NCBI RefSeq assembly: GCF_963921235.1
Contig: NC_086098.1
Coordinates: 186,001-250,000 of the forward strand
DNA from: Mobula hypostoma
Taxonomy: Eukaryota
Length of the DNA stretch: 64,000 bases
Direction of reading: 5' to 3'
In this document: positions 35,816 through 49,370 of the stretch, one piece after another
Numbering within the stretch: position 1 is the stretch's first letter
Layout: each line of letters begins with the position of its first letter
The notes under the pieces: generated by a model
What the model saw: the letters and a program-made list of their open reading frames with translations, nothing else
Told to the model about the DNA's origin: nothing
The model's database searches: none
Made by a program: the position numbers and the translations under genes

Positions 35816-38800
35816 TCTCCCTGATGACTACACCTGTGGGAAGTACAGACAACTCCAGCTCATGAAAGGCCGCATTAAGGAGCTGGAGCTGGAGTTGGAT
35901 GAACTTAGGATCATCTGGGAAGCAGAGCAATTGGAGGAGGAAGAGAAGATGGCGGCGCGACACAGTGCGTGCGGCCGCTCCGGAATGATATCTGTATTTG
36001 TCAAGTAGGGGACCATGCACAATCCTGATTTGATGGAGACAGATGTGAGAGCATGGAGGAACATCTGGAGAAACTTCTGAAATGCCTGCTTTGCTGCCAC
36101 CTCTACTGTGTGATCCGGAATCTCCGGAGTAGTAAGCCTCTGAGTCCTCGGCTTTGCTTGTTTTGGCAGATGGGACGAGGTTGAAGGGGCTCGGCAGAGG
36201 ATGGCACTCGGGAGGCTGTATCGGAGGGGCTGGTCAGAGGCTTGAAGTGTTCGGACGGACTCAGTCGGTTGTGGTCGGGTGCTTCCAATGCATCGGCAGT
36301 TGATAGTTGTCGGTGCCTGGAGGTTTATGGCAAGGGAGTTTCTCCCTTTTTGCCGCCTGCTATCGGGGACTATAGGAGTCGATTGGGACTTGAAACTTTT
36401 TTTTTTACTGTGCCCATGGTCTGTTCTTTATCAAATTATGGTATTGTTTTGCACTGCTGTAACTATATGTTATAATTATCTGGTTTTGTCAGTGTTAGTC
36501 TTTGGTTTGTCCTGGTTTTGTGTGATATCACTCTGGAGGAACATTGCATCATTTCTTAATGCATGCATGCATTTTTAAATGACAATAAACGAGGACTGAG
36601 TGTCCTCATAATCTAACCTAATTGATAGACTTTTGAGTTGGTGGTTACACCCAGAGTGCAGAATTCAGGGAGTAGATGGGTGAACACCAAGAGAGGTAAC
36701 AGGAGAAAGAAGTCAGTACAGGGTGTCCCTGTGGCCATTCCTCTCAGCAACAGGTATACTCCTGTGGATACTGATGAGGGGGATAACCTATCTGGGCAAG
36801 GCAGCAGTAGCCAGACCAACAGCACTGTAGTCAGCTCTGAGCCTCAGAAGGGTAGGGTGAAGTCAGGCGGAGCAATAGTCTTAGGGGACTCGATAGTTAG
36901 GGGGACAGATAGGAGTTACTGCAGTAGAAAAGAGATGCCAGGATAGTGTGTTGCCTCCTCGGTGCCAGGGTCCAGGGGCTGTCTGAGTGGTTGCAGAATA
37001 TTCTTGAAGGGGAGAGAGAACAGCAGGAAGTCGTGAAGAGCAGGACCACTAAGGTGGTAATCTCAGGATTCCACTTGGGAAACAAGCCAGGGAAGGTCAG
37101 AAGAGGAAGATAGCACAGATGAGTGAGTGGCTGAGGAGATGGTGCAGGTTGCAGTGGGGCAGGAACCAAAGTGAAGAGGCAGAGGATGGTGCAATTGGCG
37201 CACAAGTAGTGACAGCTCGTTATGAGTTTATGAGGAAGGATAGGAAGATGATAGAGCAAAGAAGCAGTCAGCCAGATGGTTTGAGATGTGTCTACTTTAA
37301 TGCAAGGAGTATCATAAACAAGGCGGATAAACTGAGAGCGTGGATCAGTACTTGGAACTATGATCTTGCGGCAATGACAGAGACTTGGAAGACTCAGACT
37401 CGGGCAGGATTGGCTGCTGAGTGTGCCGGGCTTTAGATGTTTCAAATAGGACGGGGGGGAGGCAAAAGAGGTTGGGGAGTGGCACTGCTAATCAGGGATG
37501 GTAACATGGCTGCAGAAAGGAGAAAGCCATGGAGGAATGGACTTCTGAGTTATTGTGAGTGGAAGTCAGAAACAGGAAGGGGGCAATAACTCCACTGGGT
37601 GTTTTTTATAGACCCCCAATAGTAACAGACATTGAGGAGAAGATAGGGAGGCAGATTCTGGAAAGGTGCAATCATAATAGGATTGTTGTGATGGGTGATT
37701 TTAACTTTCCTAATATTGACCCCTCCTTAGAGCAAGGAGTTTAGATGGGATGGGCTTCGTTAGGTGTGTTCAGGAAATTTTTCTGATGCAATTTGTAGAT
37801 GAGCCAATTAGAGAGGAGGCTGTACTTGATCTGGTATTGGGAAATGAACCTGGTCAGGTGTCAGATCTCTTGGTGGGAGAGCATTTTGGAGGCAGTGATC
37901 ACAACTATATCTCTTTTACCATAGTGCTGGAGAGGGTTAGGAGCAGACAATTTAGGAAAACATTTAATTGGGATAGGAGGAAATATGATGCTATTAGGCA
38001 GAAGTTTGGGGGTATAAATTAGGAGCAGATGTTCTCAGGGAAATGCCTGGCAGAAATGTGGCAAATGTTCAGGGAATATTTGAATGGCATTCTGTATTGG
38101 TATGTTCTAGTGAGGCAGAGAAAGGGTGGCAGGGTAAAAGAACCATCGTGTACAAAGGATGTAGAAAATCTAGTTAAGAAGAAAAGAAAAGCTTACGAAA
38201 GATTCAAGAAACTAGGTACTGTTAGAGTTCTGGAAAATTACAAGGATATTAGGAAGGAGTTTAAGAATGAAATTAGAAGAGCTAGAAGGGGGCATGAGAA
38301 GGCCTTGGCGAGCAGGATTAAGGAAAACCCTAAGGCATTCTACAAGTATGTGAAGAACAAGAGGATGAGCCATGTGAGAATAGGACTAGTCAGGTTCAAT
38401 AGTGGAAACGTGTACATGGAGTCAGAGGAGGTAGTGGAGGAACTTAATGAAAACTTTGCTTCAGATTTCACGAGGGAAAAGGACCTTGGCAATTGTGGGG
38501 ATGACTTACAGTGGACTGAAATGCTTGAGCATACAGACATTAAGAAAGAGGATGTGCTGGAGCTTTTGAAAAGCATTACATTAGATAAGTCACCAGTTCC
38601 AGACAAGATATATCCCAGGCTATTGTGGGAAATGAGGGAGGAGATTGCCGAGCCTCTGGCGATGATCTTTGCATCATCAGTAGGGATGGGAGAAGTACCA
38701 GAGGATTGGAAGGTTGCAAACTTTCTTCCCTTGTTCAAGAAAGGGAGTAGAGAGAACTCAGAAAATTATAGACCAGTGATCCTTGCTTCAATGGTGGGCA

Positions 38801-39290
38801 AGTTGTTGGAGAGTAGATCCTGAGAGGCAGGATTTATGAGCATTTGGAGAAACATAATCTGATTAGGGATAGTCAGTATGGCTTTGTCAAGGGCAGATCA
38901 TGCCTTACAAGCCTGATTGAATTCTTTGAGGATGTAACAAAATATATTGATGAAGGTAGAGCAGTGGATGTAGTGTGTATGGATTTTAGTAAGGCATTTG
39001 ATAAGGTTCCCCATGCAAGGTTCATTCAGAAAGTAAGGAAGCATGTGATCCAAGGAGACCTTGCTTTGTGGATCCAGAGTTTGCTTGCCCACAGAAGGCA
39101 AAAGGTAATTTTCTGGGACCCCTCTTCTTTGTAATATTTATACAAGATCTGGATGAAGAAGTAGAAGAATGGGTGAGTAGGTGTGGGGTTCTTGTGGATT
39201 GTCAAAGGTTACAGCGGGACATCGATAGGATACAGAACTGAGCTGAGAAATAACAGATGGTTTTCAACGCGATAAGTGTGAAGTGTTATA
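35816..39290 (+). mobile_element. Degraded CR1 with ORF1 (Zn-finger/coiled coil/SGNH esterase) and ORF2
   Basis: DDYTCGK..LQL...[49 protein letters not shown]. Confidence 0.88.
35934..36619 (+). mobile_element. ~690-bp non-coding SINE-like element inserted in CR1 ORF1
   Basis: Starts gaggaggaagagaagatggcggcg and ends gacaataaac...ataatctaacct. aattg is duplicated (35929-35933 / 36620-36624); the empty site gagcaattgatag is present in a sister CR1 at ~44336-44348. Confidence 0.75.
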
Positions 39291-39369
39291 TACCCCTAGG
39301 GTTCATTTTTTCTGTGGACTGTCACTTTAAAATGCTGAGACTGACTTTTCTACTGACTGCAGAGTTGCT

Positions 39370-42300
39370 TAGTCCCTATGGTGAGAGAGGTGGAGTAGAG
39401 TACTACCAATAGAGTAACTGCTCCCTTCCTGTCCCTGACTTCCACCCATACTGACTCAAAGGATCCTGCTACATTACACACCCTTTCTGTCACTGTAATA
39501 GTATCCCTGACCAGTAATGCCACCCCTCCTCCCCTTCCCCCCACCCCACCCCCGTCCCTTTTAAAGCACTGAAATCCAGGAATATTGAGAATTCATTCCT
39601 GCCCTGGAGCCAGCCAAGTCTCTGTAATGGCCACTACATCATAATTCCATGTATGTATCCAATCTCTCAGTTCATCACTCTTGCTCTTGATGCTTCTTGC
39701 ATTGAAGTACACGCACTTTAGCCCTTCTACCTTACTACCTGGGTTGAACTCCATCTGCCACTTCTCAGCCCAGTTTGGCATCATATCAATGTCCCGCTGT
39801 AACCTCTGACAGCCTTCCACACTATCCACAACACCCCCAACCTTTGGGTCATGAGCAATTTTATTAACCTTGTAGAAAGCTTTGTGTTTTTTCTTAATCC
39901 TGCTTGCCAAGGCCTTCTCATAGCCCCTTCTGGCTCTCCTAATTTCATTCTTAGGCTCCTTCCTGCTGGCCTTATAATCTTCTAGATCTTTATCACTACC
40001 TAGTTTTTTGAGCCTTATGCAAACTTTGCTTTTCGTCTTGAGTAGATTTTCAACAGCCTTCATACACCACGGTTCCTGTAACCGACCATCCTTTCCGTCT
40101 CATTGGAACGCACTTATGCTGAACACCACACAAATATCCCCTGAACACTTGCCACATTTCTGCCGTACATTTCCCTGAGAACATCTGTTCCCAATTTATG
40201 CTTCCATGTTCCTGCCTGATAGCTTCATATTTCCCCTTACTCCAATTAAACACTTTCCTAACTTGTCTGTTCCTATCCCTCTCCAATGCTATGGTAAAGG
40301 AGGTAAAATTGTGATCACTGTCTCTAAAATGCTCTCCCACTGAGAGACCTGACACCTGACCAGGTTCATTTCCCAGTACCAGATCAAGTACAGACTTGTC
40401 TACATATTGTGTCAGGAAACCTTCCTGAACACACCTAACAAACTCCACCCCATCTAAACCCCTTGCACCAGGGAGATGCTAATCAATATTTGGGAAATAT
40501 TTGGGAAATTAAAATCTTCCACCACAACAGGATGGCAGGATACTTGGTCGTGTGGAGGAGCAGAGGGATCTCGGGGTACATGTCCACAGATCCCTGAAAG
40601 TTGCCTCACAGGTGGATAGGGTAGTTAAGAAAGCTTATGGGGTGTTAGCTTTCATAAGTCGAGGGATAGAGTTTAAGAGTCGCGATGTAATGATGCAGCT
40701 CTATAAAACTCTGGTTAGGCCACACTTGGAGTATTGTGTCCAGTTCTGGTCACCTCACTATAGGAGGGATGTGGAAGCATTGGAAAGGGTACAGAGGAGA
40801 TTTACCAGGATGCTGCCTGGTTTAGAAAGTATGCATTATGATCAGAGATTAGGGGAGCTAGGGCTTTACTCTTTGGAAAGAAGGAGGATGAGAGGAGACA
40901 CGATAGAAGTGTACAAGATAATAAGAGGAATAGATAGAGTGGATAGCCAGCACCTCTTCCCCAGGGCACCACTGCTCAATACAAGAGGACATGGCTTTAA
41001 AGTAAGGGGTGGGAAGTTCAAGGGGGATATTAGAGGAAGGTTTTTTACTCAGAGAGTGCTTGGTGTGTGGAATGCACTGCCTGAGTCAGTGGTGGAGGCA
41101 GATATACTAGTGAAGTTTAAGAGACTACTAGACAGGTATATGGAGGAATCTAAGGTGTGCGCTTATATGGGAGGCAAGGTTTGAGGGTCAGCACAACATT
41201 GTGGGCCGAAGGGCCTGTACTGTGCTGTACTATTCTATGTTCTAACAATCCTATTATTATTACACCTTTCCAGAATCTGTCTCCCTATCTGCTCCTTGAT
41301 GTCCCTGTTACTATTGGGAGGTCTATAATAAATACTGAGTAGAGTTATTGATCCTTTCCTGTTTCTAACTTCCACCCACAGAGACTCAGTAGACAATCCC
41401 TCCATGTCTTTCTCCTTTTCTGCAGCCGTGACACTACCCCTGATCAGCAGTGCCATGTTCCTACCTCTTTTGCCTCCCTCCCTGTCCTTTTTGATACATC
41501 TAAAGCCTGGCACTCCAAGAAGCCATTTCAGCGCCTGAGCTATCCAAGTCTCTATAATGTTCACAACATCATAGCTTTAAGTACTGATCCATGCTCTAAG
41601 CTCATCCGCTTTGTTCATGATGCTCCTTGCATTAAAATAGACACATCATAAGCCATCGGTCTGAGCGCATCCCTTCTCTATCACCCGCCCATCCTCCCTC
41701 TCACAGTCTCCAGGCTTTCTCTATTTGCGAGCCAACAGCCCCCTCCTCTGTCTTTTCAGCTCAGTTCCCACCCCCCAGCAATTCTAATTTAAACTCTCCC
41801 CAACAGCCTCAGCAAACCTCCCCACCAGGTTATTGGTCCCCCTCGGATTCAAGTGCAACCCGTCCTTTTTGTTGAGGTCATGCCTGCCCCCAAAGAGGTC
41901 CCAGTGATCCAGAAATCTGAATTCCTGCCCCCTGCTCCAATATCTCAGCCACACATTTATCCTACACGCCACTCTATTCCTATACTCACTGTCACGTGGC
42001 ACGCGCAGTAATCCCGAGATTACTATGTTTGAGGTCCTACTTCTCAACTTCCTTCCTAACTCCCTGTAGTCTGTTTTCAGGACCTCCTCCCTTTTCCTGC
42101 CTATGTCACTGGTAGCAATACGTACCATGACCTCTGCCTGTTCACCTTCTCACTTCCGGATATCGTGGACGCGATCAGAAACATCCAGGACCCTGGCACC
42201 TGGGAGGCAAACTAATATCTGTGTTTTTTTCCTGCATGCACAGAATCGCCTGTCTGACTCCCTAACTATAAGAGTCCACTATTATTGCTGCCTTCTTCAT

Positions 42301-44650
42301 TTCCCTACCCTTCTGAGCCAGAGGTGCGACCACTGTTGCTTCCCTCAGGTAGGCCGTCGTGGTCCCCCCCCCAACAGTACTCAAACAGGAGTACTTGTTG
42401 TTCAGGGGGATAGCCACAGGGGTACTCTCTAGTACCTGACTCTTGCCCTTCCCTCTCCTGACTATTACCCACTTATCTGTCTCCTGAGGCCCTGGTGTGA
42501 GGCTCCTCTCTGTCACCTCTTCACTTTCCCTGACTAGACGAAGGTCATCAAGCTGCAGCTCCAGTTCCCTAACCCGGTCCCTAAGGAGTTGCAACTCGAC
42601 ACACCTGGTGCAGAAGTCTGGGAGTCTCCTGGACTTCCCACATCTGACACCCAGTACAGAACACTGGCCTCACAGACCTATTTCCTGTTTCTATTCTTCA
42701 CAAATAATCTACCTGGCCTCAACCCGTTATCACCAAAGCCCCATTGAACCAAAGCCCTCCTATTCTGTCTCCCTCTACTCTGTTGCCCGCTCCTCTGACA
42801 CCCGCTGTGTAAAACTGTCTCCTTTTAAACTTTGTGTGGGTGTAACTCGTTGACATCCACGTGCTTGTGCAGTCATCCCTTGATGGTAAAGGAGAGAGAG
42901 TTGTGATCATTACCTATAAAATGCTCTCCCACCCAGAGATCTGACACCTGACCAGGTTCCTTTCCCAATATCAGATCAAGTTCAGCCTCTCCTTCACAGT
43001 TGGTTTATCTACATTTTGAGTCAAGAAGCCTTCCTGAACACACCCAACAAACTCTGTCCCATCTAAACCCCTTGCTCTAAGGAGGAGTCAATATTAGGAA
43101 AGTTAAAATCACCCATCACAACGAGCATTTTATGCATCTTTCCAGAACTTGCCTGCCTATCTGCTCCTCGATATCTCTGTTACTATTGGGGCGTCTATAA
43201 AAAATACACAGTAGAGTTATTACCTCTTTCCCGTTTCTGACTTCCACCCACAATAACTCAGTAGTCAATCCCTACATGACTTCCTCATTTCCCTTCCATC
43301 CTGTCCTTTTTGAAACATCTAAAGCCCGGCACACTCAGCAGCTATCCCTGCCCCTGAGGCTTCCAAGTCTCTATAATGGCCACAATATCATAGTTCCATG
43401 TATTGATCAACGCTCTAAGTTCATCCGCCTTGCTCAAAATAGACACATCTCAAACCATCTGGCTGAGTGCCCCTTTGCTCTATCATCTACCTATCCTTCC
43501 TCCCTACAATCTGTCACTACTTGTGCACCAACCGCCCCATCCTCTGCCTCTTCACTTTGGTTCCCACCCCCCTGCAATCTAGTTTAAACCCTCCCCATTA
43601 GCATTAGCAAACCTCCCTTCCAGGATGTTGGTTGCCCTCCAGTTCAGGTGCAACTGGACCCCTTGTACAGGTCAGCCTTTCCCCAGAAAAGGTTCCAATG
43701 ATCCAAGAACTTGAAACCCTGCCCCCTGCACCATCTCCTCAGCCACTCATTCATCTGCGCTATCTTCCTGTTCTGACCTCCACTAGCTTGTGGCACTGGG
43801 AGTAATCCGGACATTACTACCTTGGAGGTCTTGCTCTGCAGCCTCCTTCGTAACCCCCTAAACTCCACCCCTCTCCTGCTTATGTCATTGGTACCAACAT
43901 TTATCACAACCCTCGGCTGCTCACCCTCCCTTCCTAATATATTCGACAACCGCTCAGAGACATCCTGGACCTAGCACCCGGGAGGCAACACACTATCCTG
44001 GTGTCTCTTTTGCTGCCGCAGAATCTTCTATCTGTCCCCGAACTATTGAGTCCCCTATGACTATTGCTCTGCCTGACTTCACCCTACCCTTATGAGGCTC
44101 AGAGCCAATCAAAGTGCTATTGGTCTGGCTGCTGCTGCCTTGCTCAGATAGGGCACCCCCCTCATCAATATCCACAGGGGTATACCTGTTGATGAGGGGA
44201 ATGGCCACAGGGGGACCGGCACTGACTTCCTTCTCCCTTTACCTCTCTCAGTGTTCAGCCATATGCTCCCCAAATTCAGCACTTTGGGTGTAACTACCTG
44301 CTGTCTGGGTGTAACCACCTGCTCAGAAGTCGTACCTATCAATTGCTCTGCCTCCCGGATTATCCTAAATTCATCCATCTCCAGCTCCAGCTCCTTAATG
44401 CGGTCTTTCATGAGCTGGAGTTGTAGTCATCAGGGAGACTATCAGGTTCCATGAATTCCCACATATCACAGAAGGAGCATTCTACTACCATATCTGCCAT
44501 CCTGCACTGCTGGCCGCCTCCCAACAATGGCTGCCCCGCTTGCCACTTCTCTACTTTTATTTAATTCACAGTCGTCTGCTCCTGACCTGATTGGACCTGG
44601 AATGTCCGAACCCCCGTGAAGCTCTCCTTTTATATTAGCTTTGCTGACCA
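39370..44650 (-). mobile_element. Stacked degraded CR1 5' halves (ORF1 esterase plus APE) on the minus strand
   Basis: ORFs 41784-42128, 42262-42594, 43644-43949, 43993-44208 and 44109-44411 (GDSIVRG, VGTND, DGLHLN); YFNARSI, YRPPNS. Confidence 0.85.
40530..41243 (+). mobile_element. CR1 3' fragment with an open 210-aa frame, nested antisense
   Basis: ORF 40552-41184; tail ctattctatgttct; same subfamily as 19449-21083. Confidence 0.9.
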
Positions 44651-44699
44651 TCAGCCTTAGCTCTCACACCAGTGTTATTGTCCTTCAAACAGGGTCCTG

Positions 44700-45125
44700 A
44701 ACCAATGTGGATAACTCCACTCACCTCAACACTGAACTGATTCCACAATCTATGTACCCAATTACAAGGATCCTTCAACTAATGTTTTCAGTAGCACTGT
44801 GATTACCCCTCAACCATCTGAACCAGTGGGGATAACTTCACTCAACTTCACTTACCTCAAGCAGTAACACTGAACTGTTTGCACAATCTATGGACTCACT
44901 TTCAAGGGCTCTTCATCTCAAGTTCTCAATAGTTATTACTTATGTATTTTCCGTTATTTTTGCTTCTTTTGTACATTGGTTGTTTGTTCATCCTGTTGGG
45001 TGTGGTCTTTCATTGATTCTACTATGTTTCTTGGATTTACTGTGTATGCCCACAAGAAAATGAATCTAAGGGTTGTATATGGTAACATATATGTACTTTG
45101 ATAATAAATTTACTTTGAACTTTGA
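44700..45125 (+). mobile_element. Rex1-like 3'UTR / non-autonomous fragment
   Basis: Ends gataataaatttactttgaactttga; shares gataact..cact...cacttt.aagg.ctct with the Rex1-like relic at ~3150-3540. Confidence 0.5.
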
Positions 45126-45899
45126 GAGGTAAAAAGAGTACGAACTCTTTTCAGACAGATGGGAATTGAATCCCAATCACTGGCACCGTAAAATATTATG
45201 TTGACTGCTGTGCTACCATGCACAACACTATGTGAGGATATGAAGAGGGTTCTTTCTAGTTACACCTCAACCTTTTCTAGTCATTATTGCATTCCTCGTT
45301 TACACCAATTGACCATTGGATTAATTAAATTACTGCAGACATTATTAACTCGAAAGCAGTTCATTAGATGGGAAACATATTGGAACATCTGGAGTACATA
45401 AATGACACTCAATAACTATAAGTACCTTCTTTATTTCTGGAAATAAAATGCATTTTGATATTGCTTTTCACACACAATTGCTGATGTAACCGAAATGAAC
45501 AATATAGAGGTTCTTGAACATCATTACTTTTGTGCTGGTACCTCACTTACAGCAACAGTCTCTTGAGATCGGCATCTCTTATTAGTTGATTAATGACATT
45601 TTTCCAACAGTAAAAGCTATTGTAAACAAGTTGAGTGGCTTAATAGGCGATCCACCAGAAATATCTTTCAATTACTAAATTGAATTTATGTTCACAGTTT
45701 GCCCTCCATCACATGTTCTGTGGGAAATACTGCAGCAACGTTCAGTCTCAATCTGCTGCTCTAAAATAGAGAAAGAAAATTATTTCACTCCTCTTTTACC
45801 CTGTGTAGAATTCCTTTGCTTAAAACCTTAACAGCGGAGCTTTTAAACTCGTAATCTTGTTGAATGTAAAAGTTTATTGCATTTTCAAGATTCAAGATT

Positions 45900-48520
45900 T
45901 TTTTTGCCAGAGTGTGTGAACCTGTGGAATGCTCTGCCACAGACTGCGGTGGAGGTCAAAGTCTGTGTATATTAAGGTGGATGTTGACTGTTTCCTGATT
46001 GGTCAGGGCATCAAGGCATACGGCGAAAAGGCAGGTGTATGGGGTTGAGTGGGATTTGGGATCAGCCATGTTGGAATGGTACAGCAGACTTGATGGGCTG
46101 AATGGCCTAATTCTGCTCTTATGTCTTATGATCTTAAGGTCTTAATTTCCTTTGGTGTTTACTCCCAAAGCTTTTCTCATGAGTGGTGTAGCAGCAAGGC
46201 AGAGAAAGTTTGAGATCAGAGATTTCCTTCTTCTAGATGAGGTACCAACTGTGGCTGACAAGCCCTATCTACCCGAAGCAAATGGTTTTATGGTGCCAGT
46301 AATCCACCTTTGCTCCTTCTCCTGTCAGTAGAAATGGTTCCACTGGGCTTAGTAGCGAAGCCACACATGAAACCAGGAGTTGGAATGGCTTGTCAGAGGC
46401 TATTTGGGATGCATGTCATTAGGAACATTTAATAGGTAGTTGGAACTTATCTCCACAACCTATTACAACACCCCTCCTATGGGTCTAACACCCTCAAGGA
46501 GCCTATGCCCATTAGTTCTTAGAAATATAGAAAACCTACAGCACAACAGAGGCCCTTCAGCCCACAAAGCTGTGCTGAACATGTCCTCACCTTAGAAATC
46601 TTGAATAATCATACTTACAATTTTACACACTTCTGATGCAGGGCTTGATCTGAAGTGATGACAGTTCCTTTCCTGCCACAGAAACTGCTCGATCCACTGA
46701 GTTCCTCCAACATATTGTTTGTTTCACTACAAAACAAAGTGGACTGGAATTTCCACAGACAGCTGTAGTAAGGGAGGCAGGAAACTCAAGACCTTTGCTC
46801 CTGTGCACTGAAGGACAGAACAACCAGCAGGAACTAAGCACTACAGGGCCAGTGAACTACTGCTACTAAACAGATCTGATCGTTAGAGACATTACAAGGC
46901 AATGAAACCGGACTTTGACAACAAAGACAGTCTCTACAAGCCTACGGACAGAGCTGTGGTTGAATCATCCATGTCTTCTCTCTCCACACAACTCAGCATA
47001 CACTGGGGAGTCAGCTTTAGAGCTGGACTTCAGGGTGACGCAGGGTCACAGCTAATAGCGTCAGAATCAGGATCAGTTTTATTTTCGTGACACGTGTGCC
47101 CTCTGGTTCTCGACTTCTGGAGCCTTGGACCAGTGGGCATAGCTTCAGAAGAGGGCGATGTTCATCTAGAACAGAGATGAAGGGAAATTTCTTCAATCAG
47201 AGGGTAGTGAATCTGTGGAATTCATTGCCACAGATAGTTACGAGGCCAGGTCAATGGGTCTATTTAAAGCAAAGGTTGATAGGTTCTTGATTAGTAGGGG
47301 TGTCAAAGATTACAGGGAGAAGGTAGGAGAATGGGGTTGAGAGGGATAATAAATGACCCATGATGGAGGTGACTCGATGGGCTGAATAGCCTAATTCTGC
47401 TCCTATATCTTTTAGTCCTAAGGTCTTATAGTGCACGATATGTATACAAATTGCTATAAGTTACAAAAAAAAAGTGCAATTTTACTTTAAATGACAATAT
47501 CGAGCCTGCCTCCACCACTTCTACTGGAAGCTCGTTCCACACAGCCACCACTGTCTGAGTAAAGAAGTTCTCCCTCGTGTTACCCCTAACTCTCAACTCA
47601 TGTCCTCTTGTTTGAATCTCCCCTACTCTCAATGGAAAAAGCCAATCCACATCAACTCTATCTATCCCCCTCATAATTTTAAATACCTCTATCAAGTCCC
47701 TCCTCAACCTTCTACGCTCCAAAGAATAAAGACCCAACTTGTTCAACCTTTCTCTGTAACTTAGGTGCTGAAACCCAGGTAACATTCTAGTAAATCTTCT
47801 CTGTACTCTCTCTATTTTGTTGACATCTTTCCTATAATTTGGTGACCAGAACTGTACACAATACTCCAAATTTGGCCTTACCAATGCCTTGTACAATTTT
47901 AACATTACATCCCAACTCCTATACTCAATGCTCTGATTTATAAAGGCCAGCATGCTAAAAAGCTTTCTTCACTACCCTATCCACATGAGGTTCCACCTTC
48001 AGGGAACTATGCACCATTATTCCTAGATCCCTCTGTTCTACTACATTCTTCAATGCCCTACCATTTACCATGTATGTTCTATTTTGATTAGTCCTACCAA
48101 AACGTAGCACCTCACACTTATCAGCATTAAACTCCATTTGCCATCTTTCAGCCCTGCAAATCTCTCTGCAAGCTTTGAAAACCTACTTCATTTTCCACAA
48201 CACCACCTATCATAGCATTATCTGCATACTTACTAATCCAATTTACCACCCCATCATCCAGATCATTAATGTCGCTACCTCATACTTGAGTGTCTCACTA
48301 TAGTACGAATGAAGTAGACATGTTATCCCCAGGTTCCTCTGCATTTTCTTTCGATTAGTTTTGGAGTTACAAAACATAACAGTCCTCCTTTTAAGACAAA
48401 GATGAAGAGGAATTTCTTTAGCCAGAAGGTGGTAAACCTGTGGAATTCATTGCCACAAACTGCTAAACAGGCCAAGTCACTGGGTATACTTAAAGTGGAG
48501 ATTGATGGGTTTTTCATTAA
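45900..48520. mobile_element. Short CR1 3' fragments (~45900-46145 +, ~47120-47425 +, ~47476-48270 -, ~48385-48520 +) with unassigned DNA between
   Basis: Repeated QRVVNLWNSLP-type segments and tails; ORFs 47426-47953 and 47955-48137. Confidence 0.75.
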
Positions 48521-48700
48521 AACCTCATGTTTTAATCAAGCAGCCGCATGTTTGAGATTCTAATTTGGAGAAACGTTAATTTTGATGGTATTAGAAATGA
48601 TCTGGCAAGTGTGGATTGGGACAGGTTGATCCTGGAAAAGATATACTTGAAAAGTGAGAGGCCTTCAAAAACAAATTTATGAGAGCACAAAGCTTGCATG

Positions 48701-49296
48701 TGTACAGGGTCTTTCTTTTTTGTTAAATTTAAAATGGCTTCTTTGTTATGTTAAATGCTGAGAAAGTCTCTAACTAGACAGTTGCTTGGGTTAATACAGA
48801 CAGCAGGGTGCTATTAGCCAATGGGTGGTCATGTATCGTTTTGTTTTCGGATGATAATGCTGTATCATGTGACTGGGGACGGGGTTTTGGCGGGGAGTCG
48901 AAGGAGAGACGGGGAGTCAGAGGAGAGACGGGGAGGACGGTGGACGTGCGGAGAGGCTCCGGTCGATCACTTCGGGTGGTCCCAAGCCGTGAGTCGACAG
49001 GATTCGGGTGGTCATTGGGAATCGATTGAGCTCCAATGGTTGCGCGCGAAGAACTTGGACTTTGATAAGTGTTGGTGCCTTTTTTCATTACTTCCCTTTC
49101 TGTATCGAATCTATATTGATGTCATAGAATTAGTAATATCTATAAAGTGTACTTGTTAAAATTTATTGGGTGTGCTGGCTGATGATTGATGTTTGGGCTT
49201 GATTCGGGAGGCAACCGACCCTGAGGGGAGTGTTGAGGCAGGTGCTGGGTGGGATTTCCCCTAGACATATACGAGCCAATATAACGGGACGTTACA
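48701..49296 (+). repeat. 5' LTR of host Gypsy (596 bp)
   Basis: tgtaca...gttaca; direct repeat of 62112-62884. Confidence 0.95.
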
Positions 49297-49298
49297 AG

Positions 49299-49316
49299 TG
49301 GGGGCTCGTCGGGGAT
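49299..49316 (+). promoter_or_regulatory. Primer binding site, tRNA-Pro type
   Basis: tgggggctcgtcggggat, one mismatch from the canonical tRNA-Pro PBS TGGGGGCTCGTCCGGGAT, 2 nt after the LTR. Confidence 0.88.
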
Positions 49317-49370
49317 CTGAATCTGGATTTTCGGTAAAGCTGTATAGTCGTTGCGTTAAGTGGTGCGAAG

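Noticed and set aside
46730..47060. Unassigned stretch with short ORFs (46623-46841, 46902-47090)
   Set aside because: No recognisable motif or convincing splice signals; cannot support a call.
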